In this document: one piece after another, positions 28,489 to 36,876 of the stretch
How positions within the stretch are numbered: position 1 is the first letter of the stretch
How the letters are laid out: each line of letters starts with the position of its first letter
Assembly (NCBI GenBank): GCA_040901985.1
Contig: JBBDYC010000011.1
Location: 9,633 to 73,632, forward strand
Origin: Gemmatimonadaceae bacterium
GTDB lineage: Bacteria; Gemmatimonadota; Gemmatimonadetes; Gemmatimonadales; Gemmatimonadaceae
Direction of reading: 5' to 3'
DNA: 64,000 nt
Made by a program: the position numbers and the translations under genes
Notes under the pieces: model-generated
Databases searched by the model: none
Seen by the model: only the letters and a program-made list of their open reading frames with translations
Told to the model about the DNA's origin: nothing

Positions 28489-29240
28489 TTGGTGCCCACG
28501 TGCACGGCGGCGATCCCCAGGGTGAGCGTGTCGAAGTGCACGTCGCGGAATCCGGCGCCGGTCATCGCCGCCGCGAGCGCCGCGGTCTCCGGGAAGTTCG
28601 CCACCGAGCGAGGCAGGTAGGTGTAGGCAGTGCGGTGGCCGCTGACCAGCCGGCCGATCAGCGGCAGGATGCGATGGAAGTAGAACAGATAGGCCGCCCG
28701 GACGAGCGGGACGCGCGGGGTGGAGAACTCGAGGATCACGAAGCGCGCGCCCGGCTTGAGTGTGCGCCGCACCTCGCGCAGGGCGGCGTTGAGGTCGGCG
28801 ACGTTGCGGATTCCGAACGCCACGATGGCGCCGGCGAATGCGTCGTCGCGCACCGGCAGCGCCAACGCGTCGGCGACGACCGGCACCAGCACGTCGGCCG
28901 GCGCCTTGCCGGCGCCCGCGCGCAGCATCGGCTCGGCGAAGTCGGCGCCGAGGATCCGTCCGCGAAAGCCCGGGCGCCGGCTCAGCGCGGCGCCGACGTC
29001 GAGCGTCCCCGCGCAAAGGTCGAGGTAGGCCCCGTCGGGCGACGCCGTCCACGCCAGGTGCTCAAGCGCCACCCGGCGCCACCGCCGGTCAATCCCGAGC
29101 GAGAGCAATCGGTTGAGCAAGTCGTAGCGCGGGGCGATCTCCGAGAAGATCCGCTGCACGTACGTGCGCTTCCCCGCCACCGACGCCCCCGCCGCGGCCG
29201 CCGCAGCCTCCTGGGCCTCATTCTCGAGCGCGGTCGTCAT
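28485..29240 (-). CDS. menG: Demethylmenaquinone methyltransferase (UbiE/MenG)
   Basis: IAPRYDLLNRLLSLGID..WR, LDLCAGTLD, DFAEPML, AFGIRNV, ILEF. Confidence 0.92.
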   Translation of the reverse strand: MTTALENEAQEAAAAAAGASVAGKRTYVQRIFSEIAPRYDLLNRLLSLGIDRRWRRVALEHLAWTASPDGAYLDLCAGTLDVGAALSRRPGFRGRILGADFAEPMLRAGAGKAPADVLVPVVADALALPVRDDAFAGAIVAFGIRNVADLNAALREVRRTLKPGARFVILEFSTPRVPLVRAAYLFYFHRILPLIGRLVSGHRTAYTYLPRSVANFPETAALAAAMTGAGFRDVHFDTLTLGIAAVHVGTK

Positions 29241-29247
29241 AGTTCCC

Positions 29248-29283
29248 GAAAGTTGCCCGCCGTGTGCGGGGCGGGCAAGTTTC
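29248..29283. promoter_or_regulatory. 14-bp inverted repeat filling the menG/sigma divergent intergenic region
   Basis: GAAAGTTGCCCGCC-N8-GGCGGGCAAGTTTC, one mismatch. Confidence 0.6.
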
Positions 29284-29293
29284 CCGGTTGCGA

Positions 29294-29896
29294 ATGGCGC
29301 CCACCCTCGACCTCCCGAATCTCCCCGACGCCGAAGTCGTCGTCCTGGCGCAGCGGGGACGCGAGCCGGCGTTCCGCGAGCTCATCCGGCGCTACGAGCG
29401 CCCGGTCTTTTCGCTCATCTACCGGATGGTCCGCGACAGCACCACCGCCGAGGACCTCTCTCAGGATGCGTTCATCAAGGTCCTGAACCACCTCGACAAG
29501 TACCGGCCGGAGTTCAAGTTCTCGAGTTGGCTCTTCAAGATCGCCAACAACGTCGCGATTGATCACCTTCGCCGACGTCAGGTGGCGACCGTCTCGATGG
29601 ACGGATCCCCGCACGCGACGACCGCCACCGAGATCGCGGCCACCTCGATTGACGTCGCCGACCAAGGCGAGTCCCCGCTCGACGCGCTCGCCTCGCGCGA
29701 GCTTGGTACCGCAATCGAAGAGGCGATCGGCCAGCTCCGCCCCGAATACCGCAACTGCATAATGCTCCGCCACGTCGAAGGCCGCTCCTACGAGGAGATT
29801 GCCGCGACACTCGACCTCCCCTTAGGCACCGTCAAGACCTACATCCATCGGGCGCGACACCAACTGCGCGAGGCATTGGAGCACCTGAGGGAATAG
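29294..29896 (+). CDS. ECF sigma-70 factor
   Basis: Region 2 AEDLSQDAFIKV / FSSWLFKIANN and region 4 SYEEIAATLDLPLGTVKTYIHRAR. Confidence 0.95.
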   Translation: MAPTLDLPNLPDAEVVVLAQRGREPAFRELIRRYERPVFSLIYRMVRDSTTAEDLSQDAFIKVLNHLDKYRPEFKFSSWLFKIANNVAIDHLRRRQVATVSMDGSPHATTATEIAATSIDVADQGESPLDALASRELGTAIEEAIGQLRPEYRNCIMLRHVEGRSYEEIAATLDLPLGTVKTYIHRARHQLREALEHLRE

Positions 29897-29973
29897 GCGT
29901 GAGGTGTAAGGTGTGGTGACTACGCAGGCGGCAACTAGTGTGCAAATGCCTAAGCTGTTGTGTTGTAAGCAGT

Positions 29974-30008
29974 TACCTCCAACCTCCCACCTGCCACCTC
30001 CCACCTGT
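29974..30008. repeat. Five degenerate 7-bp tandem repeats (NACCTSC/Y)
   Basis: TACCTCC AACCTCC CACCTGC CACCTCC CACCTGT. Confidence 0.7.
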
Positions 30009-30015
30009 AGTGAAG

Positions 30016-30042
30016 TGAAACCCCCGTCCTTCCCCCGCCGTA
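30016..30042 (+). promoter_or_regulatory. Candidate ECF (SigW-like) promoter upstream of the anti-sigma gene
   Basis: TGAAAC-N17-CGTA, then SD AAGGAG and ATG 30063. Confidence 0.55.
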
Positions 30043-30062
30043 AAGACCGCAAGGAGAATCCA

Positions 30063-30638
30063 ATGCAGCACCGGCACCTGCTTCCCCAAGAGATTGACCT
30101 GCTCGTTGACGGCGACGTCGGCTTCGGCGTGGCGCCGTTGCGGGCCCACGTGGACGAGTGCGCCGAGTGTCGCGACCGCGTGGCGTCGCTCGGCAGCGTC
30201 GCCCTCGCGCTCGACGCCCTGCCGCACTTCGCGCCCCGCCGCGACTTCAGCGACCAGGTGATGCAGCAGGTGCAGGTGATTGAACCGTGGCACGTGGCCT
30301 TCGCCGAGGGCGCGCGCCGGCTCATCCCGACGAGCGCGCCGATCCGCGCCTTGGCGGCCGTCGGTGCCGGCGCCGCGGCGCTGGCCATCTCGGGGAGCGC
30401 GGCCTGGCTCGCGTTCCGCGTTGACCTCGCGGCGTGGACCTACAACGTCGTGCTCGACCGCAGCCGCGAGGGCCTGATGGCCGGCGCAGGCGCACTCGTC
30501 CGCGCCGCCTTTGCCGACGTCCCGGGCGCCAGTCTCACCACCATCGCCGTGGGCACGGCGGTGCTCGCCCTGACGGCGCTCGGCGCGCTCGCCGGCTTCC
30601 GACGACTCGCTGCGGCCGCCCGCGCCAGCCGGAACTGA
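30063..30638 (+). CDS. Zinc-binding anti-sigma factor (ZAS) with TM helices
   Basis: HL...H-VDE-C-AE-C (HxxxCxxC), two or three hydrophobic helices, directly downstream of the ECF sigma. Confidence 0.85.
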   Translation: MQHRHLLPQEIDLLVDGDVGFGVAPLRAHVDECAECRDRVASLGSVALALDALPHFAPRRDFSDQVMQQVQVIEPWHVAFAEGARRLIPTSAPIRALAAVGAGAAALAISGSAAWLAFRVDLAAWTYNVVLDRSREGLMAGAGALVRAAFADVPGASLTTIAVGTAVLALTALGALAGFRRLAAAARASRN

Positions 30639-30642
30639 CCCG

Positions 30643-31728
30643 ATGCAGTCCCTGATGCGGACCCTTGCCGCGACGATCCTGCTCGTCGCGGCCACGCGCG
30701 GGTCGGAGGCGCAGGTGAGTAGTGCCGCCCTCCCCGCCGATAGTGTACAGACCGCCCTGCGAGCGCTGTCGTTGACGCCGGAGGGCGTCGAGGTCAACGG
30801 GCGGTACGTGCGCGGCGACGCCATCGTGGAGGCCGGCGACACCGTGCGCGGCCCCCTGGTGACCCTGAATGGCGACGCCGACATCCGCGGCGTCGTCGCC
30901 GGAAACGTCTACGCGATCTTCGGCGACGTGACCGTGCGCGATGGCGCCGAGGTCCTCGGCGGCGTCTCCGCCTGGCGCGGCCGGGTGCTCGTCGAAGGCG
31001 GCCGCGTGCGCGGCGCGATGCACGCGCGCCCGATTGCCGCCGCCGCGCGGCCCACCGCCGCGCCGATCTCGACGGCGCGCGCCATCCAACTCAGCGCCGG
31101 CTGGACCGCAATGCTGATCATCGTCGGTCTCGTGGTCCTCGTCCTCGCCAGTCGGAATCTCGAGGCCACGGCGCAGGTGCTCGAGCGCGACTTTGGCCGC
31201 GCCTTCCTGGCCGGCGTCGTCGGCCAGATTGGCTTCCTGCCGCTACTCCTCCTCGGCGTCGTCGCGCTCGCCGTGACGCTGGTCGGCATCCTCCTGATTC
31301 CATTCGTGCTTGTTGTCGCGCCGGTGGCACTGGCCGGACTCGTCACGCTCGGCTTTCTCTCGCTCGCGCTCCTCTGCGGCCGCGCGCTGCGGCGCGGGGT
31401 CGCCGACCCCACGTCACGCGCGGCGATGCTTGGCGCGCTCGTGCCGGGGATCGTCCTCCTGATGGCCCCGTGGCTCCTCGCGAGCGCGGTATACGGCACG
31501 GGGACCGTCGCGGTGCTCGCGCGGGCGGCCGCGCTCGGGATCACCTGGGTCGCAGCGACCGCCGGCCTGGGCGGGGCGCTCCTCTCCCGCGCCGGCACCG
31601 GGCGGGCTGCCAGCGCCAAGGGGGGTGGCGGGCCGCCGCCCCAGGGGGGGCAGACGCCGACGCCGGGGGCCGGCGGGGCGACCGCGCGCCGTCCCGTGCC
31701 GGCCCGGCCCGGCGCACCCAGCGCCTAG
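30643..31728 (+). CDS. Exported bactofilin/polymer-forming-like beta-helix fused to a multi-pass membrane domain
   Basis: Signal peptide, then repeated V-x-G-D/N-V patterns (VRGDAIV, VRGPLV, IRGVVAGNV, VLGGV), then about five TM helices. Confidence 0.7.
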   Translation: MQSLMRTLAATILLVAATRGSEAQVSSAALPADSVQTALRALSLTPEGVEVNGRYVRGDAIVEAGDTVRGPLVTLNGDADIRGVVAGNVYAIFGDVTVRDGAEVLGGVSAWRGRVLVEGGRVRGAMHARPIAAAARPTAAPISTARAIQLSAGWTAMLIIVGLVVLVLASRNLEATAQVLERDFGRAFLAGVVGQIGFLPLLLLGVVALAVTLVGILLIPFVLVVAPVALAGLVTLGFLSLALLCGRALRRGVADPTSRAAMLGALVPGIVLLMAPWLLASAVYGTGTVAVLARAAALGITWVAATAGLGGALLSRAGTGRAASAKGGGGPPPQGGQTPTPGAGGATARRPVPARPGAPSA

Positions 31729-32417
31729 ACGTACCGGACGTCGCGGCCGGTGCGGTCCGCCGGCGTCGCCACCGCGTCGTTCAACCACTCGATCACCGCC
31801 GCCCAGCCGAGTGACTCGGGGTCGTGGCGCAGGTAGCCCTCGACCACCGCCAACACGTGGAAGCCGTGCCGGAGCTGGAACGAGAGCGTGGCGTCGCGAA
31901 TCGAGCCGCGCACGACCCGCAACGTGTACTCCTCGGCGGTCATTTTCCTCGCGTATCGGTGGTAGCCGCGCAGCCGGGCTCCGGCGCGGATGCGGAGGAG
32001 GCCCAGCCGTTCCGCGAGGGCACGCCGCACGGCGTAGAGCTTGCTGCCGATCCCCGTTCCGCGGATTGCCGGGTCCACCATCACCTCGGCGCCGTACAGC
32101 GTGCGGCCGAGCACGGGGTTGTGGTTGGTGAACATTCCGCTGGCGGTGAAATCGCGCCACGCGGAATCCATCGCGTAGTCGTCCCAGTAGACGATGAGAC
32201 TCGCCGCGTAGCCGGAGATGCTCCCGTCGCGCTCGACGGCCACCAGTTGGCCCTCCGGAAACACCTCCAGGTGGGACGCCAACTGGTTGGTGGACCAGGG
32301 AACGCTCTCTGGGTAGGTGCGACGGCAGAGGGCGATGATGCCCGGGAAGTCGTCGGTGACCACCGGGCGGACGCGCGTGTGGCGCCGCGGCCGCTGCGGT
32401 TTGACCGACGACGTCAC
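31725..32417 (-). CDS. GNAT family N-acetyltransferase
   Basis: FPEGQLVA, LYGAEVMVDPAIRGTGIGSKLY (acetyl-CoA loop), DATLSFQL, DPES. Confidence 0.88.
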   Translation of the reverse strand: MTSSVKPQRPRRHTRVRPVVTDDFPGIIALCRRTYPESVPWSTNQLASHLEVFPEGQLVAVERDGSISGYAASLIVYWDDYAMDSAWRDFTASGMFTNHNPVLGRTLYGAEVMVDPAIRGTGIGSKLYAVRRALAERLGLLRIRAGARLRGYHRYARKMTAEEYTLRVVRGSIRDATLSFQLRHGFHVLAVVEGYLRHDPESLGWAAVIEWLNDAVATPADRTGRDVRYV

Positions 32418-33298
32418 AGCGCCTCCTCGTCCACCTCCGCGACCAGCGCCGCGGTCCGCTCCGAGTCGTGGAGCGGGAGCACGGTCCCCGTGGTGCGCGC
32501 GCGCAGGATGCTGTCCATATTGAGCTCGCCGATGACCATCGCCTCCTGGTTCGGGATCCCCTCGGCGAGGATGCCGTCGCGCGCGAACGGAAAGTCGGAG
32601 GGCGTGAGGATTGCCGCCTGCCCGAAGTTGAGCGAGACCGCAGGGACCATCGGCAGCGACCCGACCGTGTGCGCCGTGATCACGTACATCTGGTTCTCGA
32701 TCGCGCGCGCCTGCGCGCAGTAGCGCACCCGGAGCATCCCCTGGCGGTCATCGGTACAGCTCGGCACGAGGAGGATCTTGGCGCCGCGGCGTGCCGCCGC
32801 CCGGGCAATCTCCGGGAACTGCACGTCGTAGCAGATGGCGATGGCGATCCGGCCGAGCGCGGTGTCGAACACCTTGAGCCGGTTGCGCGGCTTGACGATC
32901 CACTCCTCCGACTCGAAGCGCGTCATATGCAGCTTGGGCTGCACGCGATGCGACCCGTCGGGGCCGAAGAAGAAACTCTCGTTGAAGATCTCGTCCCCGT
33001 CCACCACCGGGATCGTCCCGGCGCAGATATAGCGGCCGTGTTTCTTGGACAGCGCGCCGAAGAGCTCGACGTAACGCGGGACGAAACTGGCCAGCCGCCG
33101 GACCTGCTCGCGGATCGACGCGCGGATGTCGCCGAGCGTGAGGAGCTGGAGCGTGAAGTACTCGGGAAAGAGCATCAACTGGCACTTGTAGTCGTGGGCG
33201 GTCTCGACGAGCCCGGTCACCTGCGCCGCGAACTGGTCGAAGGTCTCGACCGGACGAATGAGGTATTGCAGCGTGGCGACGCGGATCCGTTCTTCCAT
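32414..33298 (-). CDS. Carbon-nitrogen hydrolase (nitrilase superfamily)
   Basis: Glu-Lys-Cys triad: FPEYF, KLHMT, ICYDVQFPE. Also ARAIENQ. Confidence 0.92.
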   Translation of the reverse strand: MEERIRVATLQYLIRPVETFDQFAAQVTGLVETAHDYKCQLMLFPEYFTLQLLTLGDIRASIREQVRRLASFVPRYVELFGALSKKHGRYICAGTIPVVDGDEIFNESFFFGPDGSHRVQPKLHMTRFESEEWIVKPRNRLKVFDTALGRIAIAICYDVQFPEIARAAARRGAKILLVPSCTDDRQGMLRVRYCAQARAIENQMYVITAHTVGSLPMVPAVSLNFGQAAILTPSDFPFARDGILAEGIPNQEAMVIGELNMDSILRARTTGTVLPLHDSERTAALVAEVDEEAL

Positions 33299-33317
33299 CC
33301 CAGCTCCAGCGTTGGGG

Positions 33318-34457
33318 TCAGGCCGGCGCGTGCACGCCCACCTGCGCGGCGACGGCGAGGGCGATCTCGGTCAGCTTGCGGGCGGCGGTGGACGTCGGGT
33401 CCGAGACGACGATCGGCGCCCCGCGGTCGCCGCCCTCCAGCACCGGCGGGTAGAGCGGGACCTCGCCGAGCAACGCCACCTTGAGCTCGTCGGCGAGTCG
33501 GCGGCCGCCCCCGGTGCCGAAGATCGCCATCGGCTTGCCCGTCTCCGGCGACTCGAAGTACGACATATTCTCGACCACGCCGAGCACCGGCACGCCGACG
33601 CGCTCGAACATCTTGGCGCCGCGCAGCGCATCGCCCACCGCCACCTCCTGCGGCGTCGTCACGATCACCGCGCCCGACACGTTGGTCGCCTGGACCAGCG
33701 AGAGCTGCGCGTCGCCGGTGCCGGGTGGCATATCCACCAGCAGGAAGTCGAGGCCGCCCCATTCGACGTCACGGAGGAACTGCGTGATGATCTTCATCAC
33801 GATTGGCCCGCGCCAGATCGCCGGCTGGTCGCGCTCGATGAGGAAGCCGAGCGAGATGACCTTCACCCCGTGCGCGACGAGGGGCTGGATCTTGTCGTTC
33901 TTGATCGGTGGGGCGTCGTCCACGCCCATCATTCGCGGGATGTTCGGTCCGTAGATGTCGGCGTCCATCAGGCCGATCTTATAGCCAGCCATCGCGAGGG
34001 CGATCGCGATGTTGGTGGTCACGGTGGACTTGCCGACGCCCCCCTTCCCCGACGAGACGGCGATGATGCGGCCGAGTCCGGGGTAGGTGACCGGCGCCGG
34101 GACGCCCCTTGGGGCGCCGGCCGCGCCACGGGCCTTTGCCGGCGCGGCGTCACCCAGCACCGGCAGCGTCCGCGAGCGGGGCTTGGGCGCCGGCGTCGCC
34201 GGCGCCCCCGCCTCCGCGGCGTCCTTCACATCCACCCGGACGTCGGTGACACCCTCGACCGCCTCGAGCGCCTGCCGGACCTGACGCGCGAGCATCGGGT
34301 CGTCCTGGGCGCCAAGGAGCAGCGTCACGCGCACCTTGCCGTCGCGCGTCGCGGCGATGTCGCGTACCTGTTGGGTCTGGTACACCGAGGCGCCGGTCCG
34401 CGGGTTGGCGATTGGCGCGAGCGCCTCGGCGAGGCGCGCCTGGAGCGGTTCGGTCAT
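33318..34457 (-). CDS. mrp: Mrp/ApbC Fe-S cluster carrier ATPase with N-terminal FeS_assembly_P domain
   Basis: SSGKGGVGKST, DADIYGP, WRGP, DMPPGTGD, VTTPQ, VENMS. Confidence 0.95.
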   Translation of the reverse strand: MTEPLQARLAEALAPIANPRTGASVYQTQQVRDIAATRDGKVRVTLLLGAQDDPMLARQVRQALEAVEGVTDVRVDVKDAAEAGAPATPAPKPRSRTLPVLGDAAPAKARGAAGAPRGVPAPVTYPGLGRIIAVSSGKGGVGKSTVTTNIAIALAMAGYKIGLMDADIYGPNIPRMMGVDDAPPIKNDKIQPLVAHGVKVISLGFLIERDQPAIWRGPIVMKIITQFLRDVEWGGLDFLLVDMPPGTGDAQLSLVQATNVSGAVIVTTPQEVAVGDALRGAKMFERVGVPVLGVVENMSYFESPETGKPMAIFGTGGGRRLADELKVALLGEVPLYPPVLEGGDRGAPIVVSDPTSTAARKLTEIALAVAAQVGVHAPA

Positions 34458-34459
34458 CG

Positions 34460-34524
34460 GCGGGGCGAAATGGGCAAGGGTCCATCGTTCGGCATCCCGA
34501 ACGATAGACCCTTGCCGGCCCCGC
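34460..34524 (-). other. Long intergenic stem-loop (20-bp inner helix plus 7-bp outer helix)
   Basis: GGCAAGGGTC-C-ATCGTTCGG-CATC-CCGAACGAT-A-GACCCTTGCC, flanked by GCGGGGC/GCCCCGC. Confidence 0.8.
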
Positions 34525-34538
34525 TCAAAGCCCAGCGG

Positions 34539-35672
34539 TCAATACGATGGGTAGCTGTTCGCCCAGGAGTTCTGGTAGACGCGGAGCGAGCCCAGCGCCT
34601 GCATCGCGCTGTTCACCCGGCAAGAGTTATAGAGGTACTTCTTGGTGCCGTTCAGGTCGTTCACGTCGTTGTCGTCCACGGAGTACCCAAGCTTCACGTT
34701 GAGCCCGGTAATGGTGGCGCCCTGCACCTCGTTGGTGCCATTCGACGTCAGGCGCCCGCCGACGAGGATGATGCCGTTCCAACCCGCCGTATTACCGTTG
34801 AGCCGCAGGTCGCCGAAGACAATCAGCATTCCGCGCCCGAACACGTTCAAGGTGAACTGCGAGGTCGGATCCGGACCGTTCCGCACGATGATGGTCGGAT
34901 ACTGCGTGGGGTTGTCGTTGAACCAGTCCTGACTGGGGAATCCGGTGCCGTCGGCTGCGACGTCGAAGTCCGGCGTGATCGCGTTGTGGTTGACGATCGC
35001 GTCCCAGTCGAAGGGGACCTCGTCGGCGGCCTCTTCGGCCGTTGTCCCGATTGTATCGACCTTCGGATCGCCTTCCAGCGGCGTCGTGCTGCCGGTGAAC
35101 CCGGGGTCCGCCGGAACCGCGACTGCCGGCAGCGTCGTCCCCGTCCCGCCGCTGCCGACCGGGCACTGGTCCACGCCGCTGATGATGCCGGAGTTGCCGG
35201 CCTTGTTGATGCCGTTGATCCCGGTCATCGACGACTGAACCGTGAAGGCCATATTCTGGAACGCGGCAAACGCCGAGACCATCGCAACGGAGTTGGCACC
35301 GCCGGCCGTTCCCGTGCGTTGATTGACGCCGCGGGCGCGGACCACGTAGAGCGCCGGCACCGTCGTCCCCACTGCCGCCCGGAGCTGCGTGGTCACGATA
35401 TCGGTGTAGCCGCCCGAGAGGTTCACCCTGACCGACTCCGTGCCGGCCGGCGGCACGGCCGCGAGGCCCAGCCCGGCGCGGTTCCTGAGGCCCTGCTGGA
35501 GTCCCGTCTCGGCGAACGCCGTCGCCGTCTCGCCCTGCAGCGTGGCGTCGTCGGCCGCGCGTTCGCCGCTCAGCATCGCGAACCCCGATGCGAGCGCGCC
35601 GACGAGGATGAACATCACGAGGATGACCATCGGGATGGCAAAGCCGGAACGATTTTTCGGATACGTGCGCAT
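34539..35672 (-). CDS. PilX/GspK-like minor pilin with large C-terminal domain
   Basis: Class III signal RSG|FAIPMVIL without Glu5, as is typical of PilX, and AxAxAETGL. Last gene of the pilin cluster. Confidence 0.75.
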   Translation of the reverse strand: MRTYPKNRSGFAIPMVILVMFILVGALASGFAMLSGERAADDATLQGETATAFAETGLQQGLRNRAGLGLAAVPPAGTESVRVNLSGGYTDIVTTQLRAAVGTTVPALYVVRARGVNQRTGTAGGANSVAMVSAFAAFQNMAFTVQSSMTGINGINKAGNSGIISGVDQCPVGSGGTGTTLPAVAVPADPGFTGSTTPLEGDPKVDTIGTTAEEAADEVPFDWDAIVNHNAITPDFDVAADGTGFPSQDWFNDNPTQYPTIIVRNGPDPTSQFTLNVFGRGMLIVFGDLRLNGNTAGWNGIILVGGRLTSNGTNEVQGATITGLNVKLGYSVDDNDVNDLNGTKKYLYNSCRVNSAMQALGSLRVYQNSWANSYPSY

Positions 35673-35674
35673 GG

Positions 35675-36493
35675 TTAGTTCACCGCGTTGCGGAAGAAAA
35701 TCGAGACCCGCGACTCCGAGGACTCCGGAGTGCCGGTCCCAGGGGACATTCGTTCGCTCTCACTGGTCAGCACGAGCTCGAGGCCGGACATCGTACCGAG
35801 AGTCCCCGGCACGGCATCCTGGGCCGTGACGCCGCCGGAGACGTAGAATCGGAAGAACGATCCGTCGTCGAACGGCACCGCGATCTCCTCGGCCGCACCT
35901 CCGGTGACCGTTCGCCAGAGCGCCGTGCGCCCGGGGACGAGCGTGGAGGTGGCAAGGGAATACGTGACCGTCTGGTAGAGCAGCACCGGAGCGCCAGCGG
36001 CCAGGGTGCCAAACGCCGGGCTCAGGAGCAGCGTCTGCCCCCCGGTCACCGGCGTGATCCCCGCCGAGGTCGTGCAGTTCGTCACGGTCCCCGCCGCCGG
36101 CGCGGTTGACGACGCCACCCAGACGTAGACGGCGTTGAGCGACGTGTCGCGATACGCGTAGCCGGCGTTCACGGCGGTCGCCCAGATCAGCGAATCCACG
36201 GCCATGAAGGTCACCGTGCTGGACGTGCAGTAGACCCCCATCGCGTAGGGCACACGGACGGTAATGGACGTCGGGGTCGCGGCGGTGATGCCATTCGGCT
36301 CGATCATCCGCATCTCGTTCCGCATCAGGTTCAGCGCGTTGCGCGTCACCGCGCGCGCATCGCGCGCCCCGGTCGCCCGCCCGAAGAAGCGCATCTGGGA
36401 CTGGAGCAACCGCGTGATCCCGGCGCCGATGATGCCGAGGAGCACGACGGCGATCAGGATCTCGACCAGGCTGAACCCGCGTCGGCGCCTCAT
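35675..36493 (-). CDS. PilW-like minor pilin
   Basis: RRRG|FSLVEILIAVVLLGII prepilin motif. ATG at 36493. Confidence 0.85.
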   Translation of the reverse strand: MRRRRGFSLVEILIAVVLLGIIGAGITRLLQSQMRFFGRATGARDARAVTRNALNLMRNEMRMIEPNGITAATPTSITVRVPYAMGVYCTSSTVTFMAVDSLIWATAVNAGYAYRDTSLNAVYVWVASSTAPAAGTVTNCTTSAGITPVTGGQTLLLSPAFGTLAAGAPVLLYQTVTYSLATSTLVPGRTALWRTVTGGAAEEIAVPFDDGSFFRFYVSGGVTAQDAVPGTLGTMSGLELVLTSESERMSPGTGTPESSESRVSIFFRNAVN

Positions 36494-36876
36494 GAGAACA
36501 ACGCCCCGGCAGGGGGCTGCGCGCGGTCCACCGTCACCGTGTCGGGACGCAGGGCCGCATTGGCGGGCACGATGATGATCTGCACGCGCGTAATCGTCCC
36601 CGTCGGCGTGGTCAGGGTCACGCACCGGTCGTGCACGTAGTCCGATTGGTCATCGATCGTCTCGCACCCCGTGTTCGCCCCCAAACTTGTGTACGGCATC
36701 GTGCTGAAGAGGTCCACTGCGGTCGAGATGGCGGCGGCCCGGTTCACGCCGACCGCGGCGACGCGGTTCCGCAGGGCGTAGCGCATCGTGACCAGCGTGT
36801 GCGCGGTCACCATGACCCCGAGCAGGGTCACCGCGACCATCACTTCGATGAGTGAGACACCGCGACGAGCTCTCAT
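36490..36876 (-). CDS. PilV-like minor pilin
   Basis: RRG|VSLIEVMVAVTLL prepilin motif. ATG at 36876 with ATGA coupling. Confidence 0.85.
   Translation of the reverse strand: MRARRGVSLIEVMVAVTLLGVMVTAHTLVTMRYALRNRVAAVGVNRAAAISTAVDLFSTMPYTSLGANTGCETIDDQSDYVHDRCVTLTTPTGTITRVQIIIVPANAALRPDTVTVDRAQPPAGALFS

Noticed and set aside
25452-29240. menG-ubiD-ubiA-ubiX as a novel system
   Set aside because: Matches the established late steps of futalosine-type menaquinone synthesis (MqnL/M/P plus MenG).
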